Source: Alphaproteobacteria bacterium
GTDB lineage: Bacteria > Pseudomonadota > Alphaproteobacteria > Micavibrionales > Micavibrionaceae
NCBI GenBank assembly: GCA_023700945.1
Contig: JAMPXY010000001.1
Location: 1-63,821 of the forward strand
Direction of reading: 5' to 3'
Length of the DNA: 63,821 nt
Shown here: positions 45,356 through 55,955 of the stretch, in pieces
Layout: each line of letters begins with the position of its first letter
Position numbering within the stretch: position 1 is the first letter of the stretch
Notes under the pieces: generated by a model
Told to the model about the DNA's origin: nothing
Database searches by the model: none
Seen by the model: the letters and a program-made list of their open reading frames with translations, nothing else
Translations under genes and position numbers: made by a program

Positions 45356-45967
45356 TCAGACCCGCGATCGTGACTTCAACGCCGTCATGATGGTGCCCTC
45401 ATCGAGATAATCCAGTTCGCCACCGACGGGCACGCCGTGGGCGAGGCGGGTAATTCTTAAATCCGGGCGGGCGTCTTGCAAGCGGTCACTCAGATAATGA
45501 GCGGTCGCCTGCCCGTCCACGGTGGCGGCCAGAGCCAAGATAACTTCTTCCACTCCTGCTAACCGTTCGAGCAAGGGGCGAATGGTCAGCATGTCAGGGG
45601 TGATACCGTCCAGTGCCGACAAGATACCACCCAGAATATGATAGCGCCCCTTGAAAGCCCCGGTGCGTTCAATCGCCCAGAGGTCAGCCACTCCTGCCAC
45701 CACACATAGTGTGTTCTGCTGCCGTTGCGGGTTGGTGCAGATCCGGCAGGGATCGGAGAGATCGAGGTTACCGCAAGCGGTGCAAATGCGCACTTGCGCG
45801 GCAGTTTGCTCGAGTGCCTGCATCAGCGGGGCCATGGCCTTCTGGCGGTTGGTCAGGAGGTGCAGGGCAATCCGCCGGGCCGAGCGAGGCCCCAGACCGG
45901 GTAGTCCGGCCAGAGCGCGGATCAGGCTGTCGAGTGGCCCGTCATTTTGGCGTGATGAGTAAGACAT
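45356..45967 (-). CDS. recR: recombination protein RecR
   Basis: 203 aa from the ATG at 45967. It has the HhH 'LPGLGPRSARRIALHLL', the Zn finger 'C..CGNL......C.IC' and a Toprim domain. The track ORF extends 36 codons further upstream. Confidence 0.9.
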   Translation of the reverse strand: MSYSSRQNDGPLDSLIRALAGLPGLGPRSARRIALHLLTNRQKAMAPLMQALEQTAAQVRICTACGNLDLSDPCRICTNPQRQQNTLCVVAGVADLWAIERTGAFKGRYHILGGILSALDGITPDMLTIRPLLERLAGVEEVILALAATVDGQATAHYLSDRLQDARPDLRITRLAHGVPVGGELDYLDEGTIMTALKSRSRV

Positions 45968-45977
45968 GCCGCTCAGT

Positions 45978-46598
45978 TTAGTCGTTGAAGCGGCGCCCTT
46001 CCAGCTTCTTCGGATCACTGTACACAAAAAGACTTGAGGGCAGATTGACGCCTGTTTGCAACTGAAACAGTTCAACTTCTGTGATGGCGCCTTGAGCGTC
46101 GGTGACGCGCCATTTCTTTAAAGCAAATGGTTCTTCACTGAAAGCAAGGGTCAAGGTTCCGGCAGCAGGATCGCTGGCTTGCACCAGACTGACCAGTACC
46201 AGCTCGTTGCCGTGCTCTATTTTACTGACTTTGATGTCGCCTTTCAGGCGCAAATCAGGGCGGAGAAGAAAATCCGCCATGGTCTGACCAATTGGAGCGT
46301 TGCTTTGCTCCTGTAATTGGCCGTCATAGAAATAAATGAAGTAGCCATCAGCCACGACATAATCCTTGACCGGGGGGTCATATTCAAAACGTAGTTTGCC
46401 CGGCCGTGACAAATAAAAAGTACCAATCGCCTGCGAGCCATCACCCGCGGTTTGAAGGAACCGGGCCTTGGCCGTTTTTAACCCCTGCAAATAGGTTTCA
46501 ACCTGCGCGGTAATCTCGGCAGAATTTTCCGCCGGGGTTTGCGCGGCGGTGGGGAAGGACAGACAGATCAGGGCCAGAGCCAGAAGAATATGTTTCAT
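45978..46598 (-). CDS. lolA: LolA-like outer-membrane lipoprotein carrier protein
   Basis: 206 aa with a signal peptide. 'A.F.Q......S....G.F...RPGKLRFEY..P....VVADG' is typical of LolA. Confidence 0.72.
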   Translation of the reverse strand: MKHILLALALICLSFPTAAQTPAENSAEITAQVETYLQGLKTAKARFLQTAGDGSQAIGTFYLSRPGKLRFEYDPPVKDYVVADGYFIYFYDGQLQEQSNAPIGQTMADFLLRPDLRLKGDIKVSKIEHGNELVLVSLVQASDPAAGTLTLAFSEEPFALKKWRVTDAQGAITEVELFQLQTGVNLPSSLFVYSDPKKLEGRRFND

Positions 46599-46652
46599 AT
46601 CCCTATTTCTAAAGAAACAAGGCGGCGAAAGAAAGGCTGAAAAAGGGTGTTT

Positions 46653-49637
46653 TTATTCCTTAAGCGATACCAGTGTCGCATTGCCGCCTTGCCGGGTGGT
46701 GTCGATAGTTACAACCTTCTCGGTGGCAAAGCGCGGCAAATAATGAGGGCCGCCCGCTTTGGGCCCGGTTCCGGAGAAACCTTGCCCGCCAAACGGTTGA
46801 ACCCCCACGACCGCACCGATCATGGTACGGTTGATATAGGCGTTACCGGCATTGATCGACCCCGTAACCGTGCGGATGGTTGAACCAATCCTTGTATGCA
46901 GGCCAAAGGTAAGTCCGTAGCCGCTGGCGTTGATATCCTTGATCACCTGATCCAGGTTTTTGGCCTGATAACGGATCACATGCAAAACCGGACCGAAGAC
47001 TTCTCGCTCGAGTTGCGAGAGGCTGCTAATCTCGAAAGCGACTGGCGCGAAGTAGTACCCTTTACCCGCAAGGTTGTCATCGAGTGGGCATTCTGCAATC
47101 AGGGTACCAATCTGGTCAAGTTTACGGCGATGGGCGCTTAAAACTGCATGGGCTTCAGCATCAATCACCGGGCCGATATCGCTGCTGTAATTTAACGGAT
47201 CGCCGATGCGCCGTTCGGCCATGGCACCTTTCAACATATGAATGATTTTGTCGGCAACATCATCTTGCACGAATAAAACCCGTAGCGCTGAACAACGCTG
47301 GCCTGCCGAACCAAAAGCACTAACCAGTACATCATCGATGATCTGTTCGGGCAGCGCCGAAGAATCGATGATCATGGCGTTCTGGCCGCCGGTTTCAGCA
47401 ATCAGAGGCACGATGGGCCCGTCTTTGGCTGCCAACGCCCGATTGATCAGGCGGGCGACGTCGGTTGATCCGGTGAAGGCCACACCGGCCACATCTTTGT
47501 GCGCGACCAGTGCTGCTCCGATGGTGCCATCGCCCTGCACCAGAATCATGACTTCTTCCGGCACGCCTGCGCGGCGCAGCAGCGTGGCGGCATAGGCGGC
47601 AATCCGTGGAGTTTGTTCGGCCGGTTTGGCGATGACGGCATTTCCGGCCATCAGTGCAGCGGCAATTTGGCCAACAAAAATGGCCAAAGGGAAGTTCCAA
47701 GGGCTGATGCACACGAATGTGCCACGCCCGTGCAGGGTCAGGATATTACTTTCCCCGGTGGGGCCCGGCAGGCGTTGTCCGGACTCGCTGAAATCAAGTC
47801 GCCCGCGTTGAGCGTAATAACGGCAAAAATCAACGGCTTCACGTATTTCGGCTATACCGTCATCCAGTGTCTTTCCGGCTTCCTTGGCGCAGAGTGCCAT
47901 CAGTTCGGCGTTGTGTTGTTCCAGCAGATCGGCAAAAGTTTCCAGAGCCTGCGCCCGCTGTAGAGCAGGCGTTTTTGACCACGTGGCGAACCCTGTTGCT
48001 GATTTGATAAAGGCTTGTTCAACGGTGGTAGTGGTAAGGGGTACCTGTGTGATATCAAAAGCATGAATCTTGGCGAGCAAAGGCTCGCGTACCGCAGGCG
48101 CGGATAAATCCAGTCCGCCTGAATTTTTGCGCTCGGGGCCATAGATATTGGCCGGCAGCGGGATATGCTTGTGGCGTTTCAACGGATGGTTTTGTGCGGC
48201 CAGCACCGGATCGGAAACGACAACATCAGCATGGACTTTTTCATCCAGCATCTGGTTGACAAAATTGCTGTTGGCACCGTTCTCGAGCAAGCGGCGCACC
48301 AGATAGGGCAACAATTCTTCATGAGACCCGCAGGGGGCGTAGACAGCCACCCCGGCTAAACCGTCAGCCAGTACCAGATCGTGCAGCGATTCGCCCATGC
48401 CATGCAGGCGCTGGAATTCAAAGCCGCTGCGGTTGTTACCAGCCAGTTCCATCACGGCGGCGACGGAATGGGCGTTATGGGTAGCCAGCATCGGGTAGAG
48501 CACATCGCGGCGCTCAAGTAGTTTACGGGCGTTAGCGATATAGGAGAGGTCGGTGTTCGATTTGCGGGTGAAAACCGGATAGTCGCTCAGGCCCATCACT
48601 TGTGCCCGTTTGACTTCCGCATCCCAGTAAGCACCCTTGACCAGTCGCACTTGTAAGCGGCGATTTGTGTTTTCGGCGATTTCGATGACTCGGTCAATCA
48701 CAGCCGGGCAGCGTTTTTGATAGGCTTGTACCGCCAGACCAAATCCGCCCCAGTTTTGTAATTGCGGCGTGCGCGCGACATCCTCGATAATCTTGAGGGA
48801 AATCTCAAGTCGGTCAACTTCCTCGGCATCGACAGTCATTGGTACATCAAAATTAGCAGCCAGTATTGCGAGATCGCGCAGGCGTTCGGTCATCATGGGC
48901 AGGCAGCGATCGGCCTGTGCTGCGCAATAACGCGGATGTAGCGCCGAGAGTTTGATCGAGATGCCGGATTTCATACCCTGCGAGGTGTGGCCGCCGATGG
49001 CGCGCAGGGCCGTGACGTAGGACTGAAAATAGCGTTCAGCGTCTTCGCTGGTACGGGCACCTTCACCCAGCATATCATAAGACAGGCGATAGCCTTTTTT
49101 CTCGTAAGCCCCTGCATTTTTGATGGCTTCATCAATCGTGCGGCCCAGCACAAATTGTTTGCCGAGCATTTTGAGTGCTTCGACAATGGCTTTGCGGATC
49201 ACGGGTTCCCCCAGTTTCGATAAGGCTGAATCAAGAGTTTTACGGGTCAGTGAAAGACCAAAACCCGCGGCCTTCATCATCAGATCTTTGCTCTCGCCCT
49301 GATTGGCCAGCCAATCAGCGGCCTTCATTTTGTCACGGATCAGGGCGTGGGCAGTCTGGGCATCGGGAATTCGTAGCAAGGCTTCTGCCAGCGTCATCAG
49401 CGCGAGGCCTTCTTCAGTATCAAGACCGTATTCACGCAAAAAACTTTCCAGTTCACCGACTTTGCGTTTTTGCGAACGTACCCGCTCTACGATGTTCTTG
49501 GCGCTGGCGTGCACACGCTGGCTGCGGGCGGCATCCCACGGTAAATCATTCAGCAGGGCTTCGACGCAGGTGGCTTCATCGGCGTAAATCAGTGTAGCAA
49601 GATTGTGTGACATGATAGGCCCCGTTGGTGGTTGCAC
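46653..49637 (-). CDS. putA: bifunctional proline dehydrogenase / L-glutamate-gamma-semialdehyde dehydrogenase
   Basis: 994 aa. The N-terminal PRODH TIM barrel has 'SIKLSALHPRY' and 'EFQRLHGMGE'. The C-terminal ALDH domain has 'FGSAGQRCSALR' and 'IAETGGQNAMI'. There is no N-terminal RHH DNA-binding domain. Confidence 0.92.
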   Translation of the reverse strand: MQPPTGPIMSHNLATLIYADEATCVEALLNDLPWDAARSQRVHASAKNIVERVRSQKRKVGELESFLREYGLDTEEGLALMTLAEALLRIPDAQTAHALIRDKMKAADWLANQGESKDLMMKAAGFGLSLTRKTLDSALSKLGEPVIRKAIVEALKMLGKQFVLGRTIDEAIKNAGAYEKKGYRLSYDMLGEGARTSEDAERYFQSYVTALRAIGGHTSQGMKSGISIKLSALHPRYCAAQADRCLPMMTERLRDLAILAANFDVPMTVDAEEVDRLEISLKIIEDVARTPQLQNWGGFGLAVQAYQKRCPAVIDRVIEIAENTNRRLQVRLVKGAYWDAEVKRAQVMGLSDYPVFTRKSNTDLSYIANARKLLERRDVLYPMLATHNAHSVAAVMELAGNNRSGFEFQRLHGMGESLHDLVLADGLAGVAVYAPCGSHEELLPYLVRRLLENGANSNFVNQMLDEKVHADVVVSDPVLAAQNHPLKRHKHIPLPANIYGPERKNSGGLDLSAPAVREPLLAKIHAFDITQVPLTTTTVEQAFIKSATGFATWSKTPALQRAQALETFADLLEQHNAELMALCAKEAGKTLDDGIAEIREAVDFCRYYAQRGRLDFSESGQRLPGPTGESNILTLHGRGTFVCISPWNFPLAIFVGQIAAALMAGNAVIAKPAEQTPRIAAYAATLLRRAGVPEEVMILVQGDGTIGAALVAHKDVAGVAFTGSTDVARLINRALAAKDGPIVPLIAETGGQNAMIIDSSALPEQIIDDVLVSAFGSAGQRCSALRVLFVQDDVADKIIHMLKGAMAERRIGDPLNYSSDIGPVIDAEAHAVLSAHRRKLDQIGTLIAECPLDDNLAGKGYYFAPVAFEISSLSQLEREVFGPVLHVIRYQAKNLDQVIKDINASGYGLTFGLHTRIGSTIRTVTGSINAGNAYINRTMIGAVVGVQPFGGQGFSGTGPKAGGPHYLPRFATEKVVTIDTTRQGGNATLVSLKE

Positions 49638-49667
49638 GCAGGCACTTTATCACCGGGGCCATGGTTC

Positions 49668-51218
49668 TTAAAGAGCGGGCCCGGGTTCTTTCGCGCTGCA
49701 GCAGCGAGAATTTACGGGTGACAGGGTCAAGGTTTTCACCGCTCGGCGCAGGCGGCGGGTATATTCCAGAATATCCTCGAGCGGCAGAGCAAAAGTGACA
49801 CGGGAAATCAAGGTGTCCCGAGGCAGGCCCATCCAGCTGGCGTTGCAGGAACTGATAGACTGACTGCTTCCCAATATGTCGATCAGGCTATAGTCATCTT
49901 CGAGTTTTTTTATGTAGTCAAAGCCGTGGCGTGGTGATTGATAAGAAGCCCCGCGTAAGGCGCTGAAATCAATCAGATGAAAAAAACCGGCTTCGGGCGT
50001 GGTGATAACCTTCACGCCCTTGATGCCGCGTTTCAGTTCCTGCCCGGCTGCCTCTGATGAACAGGTGGTAAGATCAGAATAAGTTTTGATAATCTTGCTT
50101 CGGTCAGTGGCAGTAATCTCGCCGACGCTGTCGAGGCCATTAATCAGGGCTTTCATAAACAGACCGCGAAAGCGGTGATCGCGGTTAAGACGCGCCAGAT
50201 GTCTGGTGCGGGCTGCTGCGAAGGGCTCTTTCATGCTGTAGAACGCCTCGAGCGCTGCTAGTGTCGCACGGGAGGGGAAATAATTATTGTTGATGCGCAG
50301 GCGCTCAAGCTGGCCGATATCCTCGCTATTGGCAATAACAATGCCGCCTCGTACATTGGCAAGTCCCGCCTTGGATGGCCCGGCAAGGGTAAAGGTGTCT
50401 TTGTATAATTCAGGGATCTGTGCAAATGCAAAGGCCTTGCGTGTCCCGTATTCCAGTCCATCATAGACCATATCGTCAATGATCCGGACGCGGCTGGCAG
50501 GCCCGTTCCAGACCTGGCCCGGCTTGAGCGATAATCCGTCCAGTATATCTGTTTTGATCGCAGGCTGGGTGTCTTGCCAGAGTTGCAGTTCTTTTTCATC
50601 GTTTCTTTTGTAGTGGGCGCTCAAGGCCAGAAATATATCAGCCAGCTCCTGTGTTTCAGCTTTACCTCTGATTGTGCCTAACGGGTTGTTGGGATTAGAA
50701 TCGAAATAGGCTATTACCCGCAATCCGTCATCATGTGCCTTTTTAATTGCGGTGATGATGTCGTGCCTGGCTACATGTCCGCCCGATTCCATCTGCCGCG
50801 GGACCGGAATGATCTGGATACCCCAGCTTTCGGGCGCATGCATAAAAAAACCATAGGTTGGCACAGGCATGAGCAGGGCAGGCTTGATATCACGGTTCAG
50901 GCGTTTGTTTTCGGCGATGACGTCTTGAATGAGTAGCTGGATCACCAGATTGTAGCCTTCGGTCGTACCGCCGCCCATCAATGAAAAATGACTGAGGGGC
51001 AGGCCGCTCCAGTCTGGTGGAACAATTCCGCGGGCGGTGAAATAATCGCTGATCGCTTCAAAAACCGGCCTAATTTCGGGGTCACTGTTACCTCGGTTCA
51101 TAAAACGGTACTGGTGGAGGTCTTGGGCGGCTTGGTGGAAGGCATAGCGGGCCACGCTGCGGAACGGGTGCAGCGGGTTGCCCAGTGACATATCGAGGAG
51201 TTTGCGCTTTTCCATCAA
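49668..51218 (-). CDS. class I/II-fold PLP-dependent aminotransferase (long form, 516 aa)
   Basis: 'SNPNNPLG', 'DDMVYDGLEY', 'LAGPSKAGLANVRGG' (PLP Lys). It lies 30 nt upstream of putA on the same strand. Confidence 0.75.
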   Translation of the reverse strand: MMEKRKLLDMSLGNPLHPFRSVARYAFHQAAQDLHQYRFMNRGNSDPEIRPVFEAISDYFTARGIVPPDWSGLPLSHFSLMGGGTTEGYNLVIQLLIQDVIAENKRLNRDIKPALLMPVPTYGFFMHAPESWGIQIIPVPRQMESGGHVARHDIITAIKKAHDDGLRVIAYFDSNPNNPLGTIRGKAETQELADIFLALSAHYKRNDEKELQLWQDTQPAIKTDILDGLSLKPGQVWNGPASRVRIIDDMVYDGLEYGTRKAFAFAQIPELYKDTFTLAGPSKAGLANVRGGIVIANSEDIGQLERLRINNNYFPSRATLAALEAFYSMKEPFAAARTRHLARLNRDHRFRGLFMKALINGLDSVGEITATDRSKIIKTYSDLTTCSSEAAGQELKRGIKGVKVITTPEAGFFHLIDFSALRGASYQSPRHGFDYIKKLEDDYSLIDILGSSQSISSCNASWMGLPRDTLISRVTFALPLEDILEYTRRLRRAVKTLTLSPVNSRCCSAKEPGPAL

Positions 51219-51276
51219 TCGCCTGTCGGTTAGGATGGGGCAACCCTAGCACCATATTTTTACATATTGCAAATTT

Positions 51277-52656
51277 GTGATGAGTTCCGACCTTTTCAGC
51301 GCACCTGCCCCTGCCGCTCCGGCACGTTCCAACGTCCCGGAATTAAGCGTGTCCGAGCTGTCCGGTTCGGTTCAGCGCACACTGGAAGAAAGCTTTGGCC
51401 GGGTCCGGGTCCGCGGTGAGATTGCGGGTATGAAGCTTGCGGCTTCTGGGCATCTTTATGCTGATCTTAAAGATGAAAACGCCAACATTAATATGATTTG
51501 CTGGCGTACCACCGTTCAGCGACTCAAAATCAAACCTGAAGACGGGCTTGAGGTGATTTGCACCGGCAAGATCACGACCTATCCCAAATCATCGCGCTAT
51601 CAGTTGATTGTTGAATCGATTGAACTGGCGGGCGCGGGTGCGCTCCTTAAGATGCTGGAGGATCGCAAAAAAAGATTGGCTGCCGAAGGATTGTTTGATC
51701 CGGCACGCAAGGTGGCGTTACCTTATTTACCGCGTGTGATCGGAGTGGTGACATCGCCGACCGGGGCGGTGATCCGTGATATTTTGCACCGCCTCAATGA
51801 CCGGTTTCCCCGGCATGTGCTGGTGTGGCCGGTGATGGTGCAGGGTGAGGGGGCGGCGGAACAGATTGCTGCCGCCATCCGCGGTTTTGCGATGTTACCT
51901 GCAGATGGAAGTACCCCGCGCCCGGATTTGATTATTGTTGCGCGCGGTGGTGGCTCGCTTGAAGATTTGATGGCGTTTAATGAAGAGGCGGTCGTACGGG
52001 CGGCAGCAGACTGCACGATCCCGCTGATTTCAGCGGTCGGTCATGAAACCGATACCACCTTGATCGATTTTGCTGCAGATGTTCGCGCCCCGACCCCGAC
52101 CGCCGCGGCGGAAATGGCGGTACCGGTGCGGGCCGAATTGTTGGCGACCGTGATGGATAGTGCGCGGCGCTTGTTCACAGGCATGATCCGTCTGGTTGAT
52201 CACCGTCGCGAACGAGTTCAGGCTATCGCAGCACGGTTGGGTGACCCGCAGCGTTTGCTGGCAATCAAGGCGCAGGGGCTGGATCATCTCAGTCATAAAC
52301 TGGATAGTGCGTTTGATAAGGGCAACAAGGTACGGGAGACGCGTGTGGTACGTTTGGGGGCGGCGCTGCGTCATCCCCGCAGTCTGATCGAACGCGAAAG
52401 CCAGCGTTTGCAAGATCGTGTGGAAAGATTGAAGAACACCGCACCGCGGCTGCTGTCTGACAAGGCGCAGGCCCTAAACGGGCTGGTGCGGATGCTCGAG
52501 AGCCTTTCTTTCGAACGGGTTCTTGACCGCGGCTATGTAGTTGTCCGCGATCCGGTTAGCGACCGGCCTTTCGGCGAATCGGCGGAAATGGCGCCGGGAC
52601 AGGCTGTGACCTTGCAGTTCAAAGCGGGTCAGCGTCGCCGGGCTGTGGTTGACTAA
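51277..52656 (+). CDS. xseA: exodeoxyribonuclease VII large subunit
   Basis: 459 aa. The OB-fold N-terminus has 'V.V.GEI...K....GH.Y..LKD'. Also present are 'P..IGVVTSPTGAVIRDI' and 'RGGGSLEDL..FNEE'. Confidence 0.9.
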   Translation: MMSSDLFSAPAPAAPARSNVPELSVSELSGSVQRTLEESFGRVRVRGEIAGMKLAASGHLYADLKDENANINMICWRTTVQRLKIKPEDGLEVICTGKITTYPKSSRYQLIVESIELAGAGALLKMLEDRKKRLAAEGLFDPARKVALPYLPRVIGVVTSPTGAVIRDILHRLNDRFPRHVLVWPVMVQGEGAAEQIAAAIRGFAMLPADGSTPRPDLIIVARGGGSLEDLMAFNEEAVVRAAADCTIPLISAVGHETDTTLIDFAADVRAPTPTAAAEMAVPVRAELLATVMDSARRLFTGMIRLVDHRRERVQAIAARLGDPQRLLAIKAQGLDHLSHKLDSAFDKGNKVRETRVVRLGAALRHPRSLIERESQRLQDRVERLKNTAPRLLSDKAQALNGLVRMLESLSFERVLDRGYVVVRDPVSDRPFGESAEMAPGQAVTLQFKAGQRRRAVVD

Positions 52657-52892
52657 CCTTGTTTTTTACCATGTTATTTACAAGTAAAACATAAGTTTAC
52701 CTAATCATTAGTGATAATAATGAAATAAAATTTCTGATAAGGCCAGAGTTCAGCATGATTTTGTCGATTTTTTAGGCCTGTTCCGGTTTTCCTTGTGTGC
52801 AATGCACAAAGAGGCGCATAGGGTTTTTTATCATCGCCGCACACGCTGCAGATGAGAACAAGAGCCCTTTCAGCCTCGTACAGGTTTATGCC

Positions 52893-53492
52893 ATGTCACA
52901 AGATCTTCACTCTCTCCACACTTCACAATCCGTTCCGCTCAACTCTGTCACAGTGGATGCGGTTAATTTCATCATGGACAATATTTTCGACTGGGATGCC
53001 CATCAACAACATGCAGGGTTGCGCATGAGTTATCAGGATTACAAAAAGCTTTCCCAGTCTTTGAAGGCCAACTTGCAGTCGACGTGCCCCGGTTCAAGAA
53101 GTGCCGATGCTGTCGAGCTTTACGCAGAACTGCTCCATAATAACTGGGCGGGAGAGTTTCAGGATATACGCGATCTGACCCGCCGTGTGGTGGTAGCCGC
53201 AATGGAAGCTGAAGTGGGCGAACCCCAGTCTCTGAAATCATTGACCTTGCAGCTCAAGGGTAAGATCGATTTCATGGAAGCGCATTATCCGGCCGTACGT
53301 CACCGTGAAGAAGTACCAATGCATGTGAAGGCGGCGGTGATGGACAAACGTGAAGACGGTCCGCGTCAGAAGGTTGAAGGGTTGCAGGCATTGGCGGCAC
53401 AGGCACAAGAGGTGATTGATCGCCGCTCCAGCGCCGAAACCAGCCAGGCCCGACGTAAATTTACCGGGTTATTCAAATTAGCCAATCGCTAG
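52893..53492 (+). CDS. hypothetical protein (199 aa)
   Basis: ORF taken from the ATG at 52893 after a 235 bp AT-rich spacer, followed by a hairpin at 53533-53559. I recognise no domain. Confidence 0.4.
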   Translation: MSQDLHSLHTSQSVPLNSVTVDAVNFIMDNIFDWDAHQQHAGLRMSYQDYKKLSQSLKANLQSTCPGSRSADAVELYAELLHNNWAGEFQDIRDLTRRVVVAAMEAEVGEPQSLKSLTLQLKGKIDFMEAHYPAVRHREEVPMHVKAAVMDKREDGPRQKVEGLQALAAQAQEVIDRRSSAETSQARRKFTGLFKLANR

Positions 53493-53648
53493 GGCAATCA
53501 CCGGAATCAAGACTTTTCCTAGAAAAAACGAGTCAGCAGCGGCTTAAAAGCCCTGCTGATTCGGTCTTTTCGTGTTTTTTCTTTCCCAAAGGGGTCTTTT
53601 TGCATTACTTTCCGCGCACAAATTGATCCTAAAGGATATACTTAAAGC

Positions 53649-54152
53649 ATGCGTGTACCGTTGAAAGAATTGATGGACAAGATAGGCGTCGGCTTTGTGC
53701 CGGGTGCCTATGAAAGCGTGCCATGGTCAGCGTACGACGTGACTAAGGGTCTGACCTGCAGCGCCGAAATACGTATGGGCGCTGATGCGGACGAGGTTGA
53801 GGGTGAAATTCAGTTTATGTATGAAACCCCGCCTGCCGGAAAAAAGCCGATGGAGCATATTTGTTTCCTGCGCGCTGTGCCGCTGGCAGATAAAAACTGG
53901 AATATCATGGAGTTTAAAATCCGCGGCGAAGCTTATGGCGCGGATAAGTATAACTGGGAAGAAAAAGCCTGCGCCTTTTTTCAACTGGTGGTGCAGGAAC
54001 TGGTTGCGGGTGAGATTCCGAATATTGATGACTTGCTCGAAGAGGCTTTCCATTCCCGCGACCGTTTTGCCGACCAATATGGCGGCGGCAGCAGCAAATC
54101 ACCGAAGATCAAGCCGGAGCAGATGCTCAATATCAAAGGGCGCGGTTTCTGA
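53649..54152 (+). CDS. hypothetical protein (167 aa)
   Basis: The composition looks like real protein. It ends 3 nt from the stop of the convergent TerD gene. I recognise no domain. Confidence 0.45.
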   Translation: MRVPLKELMDKIGVGFVPGAYESVPWSAYDVTKGLTCSAEIRMGADADEVEGEIQFMYETPPAGKKPMEHICFLRAVPLADKNWNIMEFKIRGEAYGADKYNWEEKACAFFQLVVQELVAGEIPNIDDLLEEAFHSRDRFADQYGGGSSKSPKIKPEQMLNIKGRGF

Positions 54153-54155
54153 TTA

Positions 54156-54965
54156 TCAGCCGCTTGATTGCAATTCCTGAACAACAATGCCGTACTGGGT
54201 GGCGATCTCGCCGAGGCCGCCATTAACGAACTGGCCTGTGGCTTCAAAAGTCCAGCGCGGGCCTTCACGGATCAGCGAGGCGACATAGATACCATTGCCC
54301 CCGATCAGTTCGCTATCCTCAAAGGCAAAACGGCAGACCTCTTCACCGCTGTCCTCGTTGACGATGCGCAGGAAGACATCCCGTACCAGACTGAAGTTTA
54401 GTCCTTTCATCTCTTCGTCATAGATGGAAAAAATGAATACGACTTTCTGGATATCAAACGGCAGGGCGTTGAGATCGAGAATGACTGTTTCGTCATCGCC
54501 TTCGCCGGCTCCGTTGCGGCTGTCGCCGCTATGCTTGCAGCCGCCATCAAAACCGCTCTGGTTGTTGTAAAACACAAAGTCGCTGTCTTCGCGGGTTTTC
54601 TCATTACGATCAAGAAAAAATACGGAGAGATCAATGTCGACCTTGTCCTCTTCCATGGCGCGCTGTTCCCAGCCCCCACCGATGCGCAGCACCTTTAATG
54701 TGGGATCCTTGCGCAGGATGTCGACATATTCGCCGCGCTTGATAAAGTTGATGCCGCTGTCAAAAACATGTGAGGCCAGTTCCTCGGGCATTTCCTGCCT
54801 GAATTCCTCAGCCGGATTGATCAGGTCAGACTCAGGGAACGGGGGGCTGCCCGGACTCTGGCTTCTGCGTGCCGCTGTATCCGCACCGATATCAATCGGT
54901 TTGATATCGTCGTCTTCGGCCTGCATTTTTTTGAAGATGTCGTCTTCGTTCTCAAAGTCACTCAT
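54156..54965 (-). CDS. TerD-domain stress protein with an acidic N-terminal extension
   Basis: 269 aa. 'L.IGGGWE......VDIDLSVFFL........DSDFVFYNN', 'HSGD...G.GEGDDE....DL..LP..I.KVVF' and 'A.L.R.G..W.F.A' form the TerD fold signature. Confidence 0.8.
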   Translation of the reverse strand: MSDFENEDDIFKKMQAEDDDIKPIDIGADTAARRSQSPGSPPFPESDLINPAEEFRQEMPEELASHVFDSGINFIKRGEYVDILRKDPTLKVLRIGGGWEQRAMEEDKVDIDLSVFFLDRNEKTREDSDFVFYNNQSGFDGGCKHSGDSRNGAGEGDDETVILDLNALPFDIQKVVFIFSIYDEEMKGLNFSLVRDVFLRIVNEDSGEEVCRFAFEDSELIGGNGIYVASLIREGPRWTFEATGQFVNGGLGEIATQYGIVVQELQSSG

Positions 54966-54983
54966 CAGGTAAAACCCTTTATA

Positions 54984-55718
54984 TTATTTCTCGCCATCAT
55001 CCCATCGCAGGCCATAGCCATAGGCGCGGTCCATTTCGGCATGGCCGGGGAAATATTCACCAAAATTAGTGAATTTGATGTTGTTGTTGATGTTTTCAAT
55101 CGCGGCGATGGCGCAGACGGGCAAATCATTCTTCTTGATCGCCGGGGTGATGGTCAAAGGCTGTTCGCCCGGCATCCGGATATGAATTTTGGGGCGAACC
55201 TTATCCCAGTTCACATCACCGCTATAAATATAAACATAGATCATCAAACGGCGAATTTCCGACCATTTTTTGCCGTTGATATGCATGCTTTCATCGTCGC
55301 CCTCTTTGTCGCCGGTGCGCTCGTCACCGGAAATGTTCATGTAAGGGGCGTCATCATACTCGCCAAACATTTCGCCAAAGGCCTGCAGGCAGCCCCGGCT
55401 GCCATCCTGCATTTCATAAAGGCAGCCGAGATCAATATCGACCCCCTGCTTGGTGACTTTTTTGACCAGCTTGCCAATCAGGCCAGCCTCCTTGACCTGA
55501 ATATTATCCCACGACGCCGCCACCACGATATCTTCGAACCCGTTATCCGGGGCATTGATCACGATGGTTTCGCCAAAGCCGTTCAGGAGGCTCTCAACAT
55601 GCTCTTCGTTATCGGCCCGGTAGCCGGCAGCACCCTTGGCTTTGCCGTGGCCGGAAAATTCAGACCGGTCGCGGGTCGCTTCGGAGAGGGCGTCAGTTGA
55701 GATTGTATCGCGGGGCAT
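54984..55718 (-). CDS. TerD/TerA-like tellurium-resistance-family protein
   Basis: 244 aa from the ATG at 55718, which has an 'AAGGAGA' RBS. 'GVDIDLGCLYEMQDGS.G.LQAFG..FG.....PY...SGDERTG...GDDE' matches the TerA/TerD-like subgroup. Confidence 0.75.
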   Translation of the reverse strand: MPRDTISTDALSEATRDRSEFSGHGKAKGAAGYRADNEEHVESLLNGFGETIVINAPDNGFEDIVVAASWDNIQVKEAGLIGKLVKKVTKQGVDIDLGCLYEMQDGSRGCLQAFGEMFGEYDDAPYMNISGDERTGDKEGDDESMHINGKKWSEIRRLMIYVYIYSGDVNWDKVRPKIHIRMPGEQPLTITPAIKKNDLPVCAIAAIENINNNIKFTNFGEYFPGHAEMDRAYGYGLRWDDGEK

Positions 55719-55784
55719 CAGGGGTCTCCTTCGGAAAATGAGGCAGCAGCAGGATAGCACCATCCGCCCGACCGTAAAACCTTG

Positions 55785-55829
55785 AAAAAACAGGACAGGG
55801 CTACGTACCCGGGGGTTGCTGCCCTATCC
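55785..55829 (-). terminator. rho-independent terminator after the 89 aa ORF
   Basis: On the minus strand, GGAUAGGGC pairs with GCCCUGUCC (9 bp, one G-U pair), followed by UGUUUUUU. Confidence 0.6.
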
Positions 55830-55955
55830 TCTTGCCTATTGTGGCCTTTGTCTCGTTAAGGAAAAGCAAACGCCCGCCGCTCTCTTTTAACATAAATCGA
55901 AACAGGTATGGGCCCGGGCGCAATGCCGCCGGGGACGTTATGCCCAAGCCACAGC

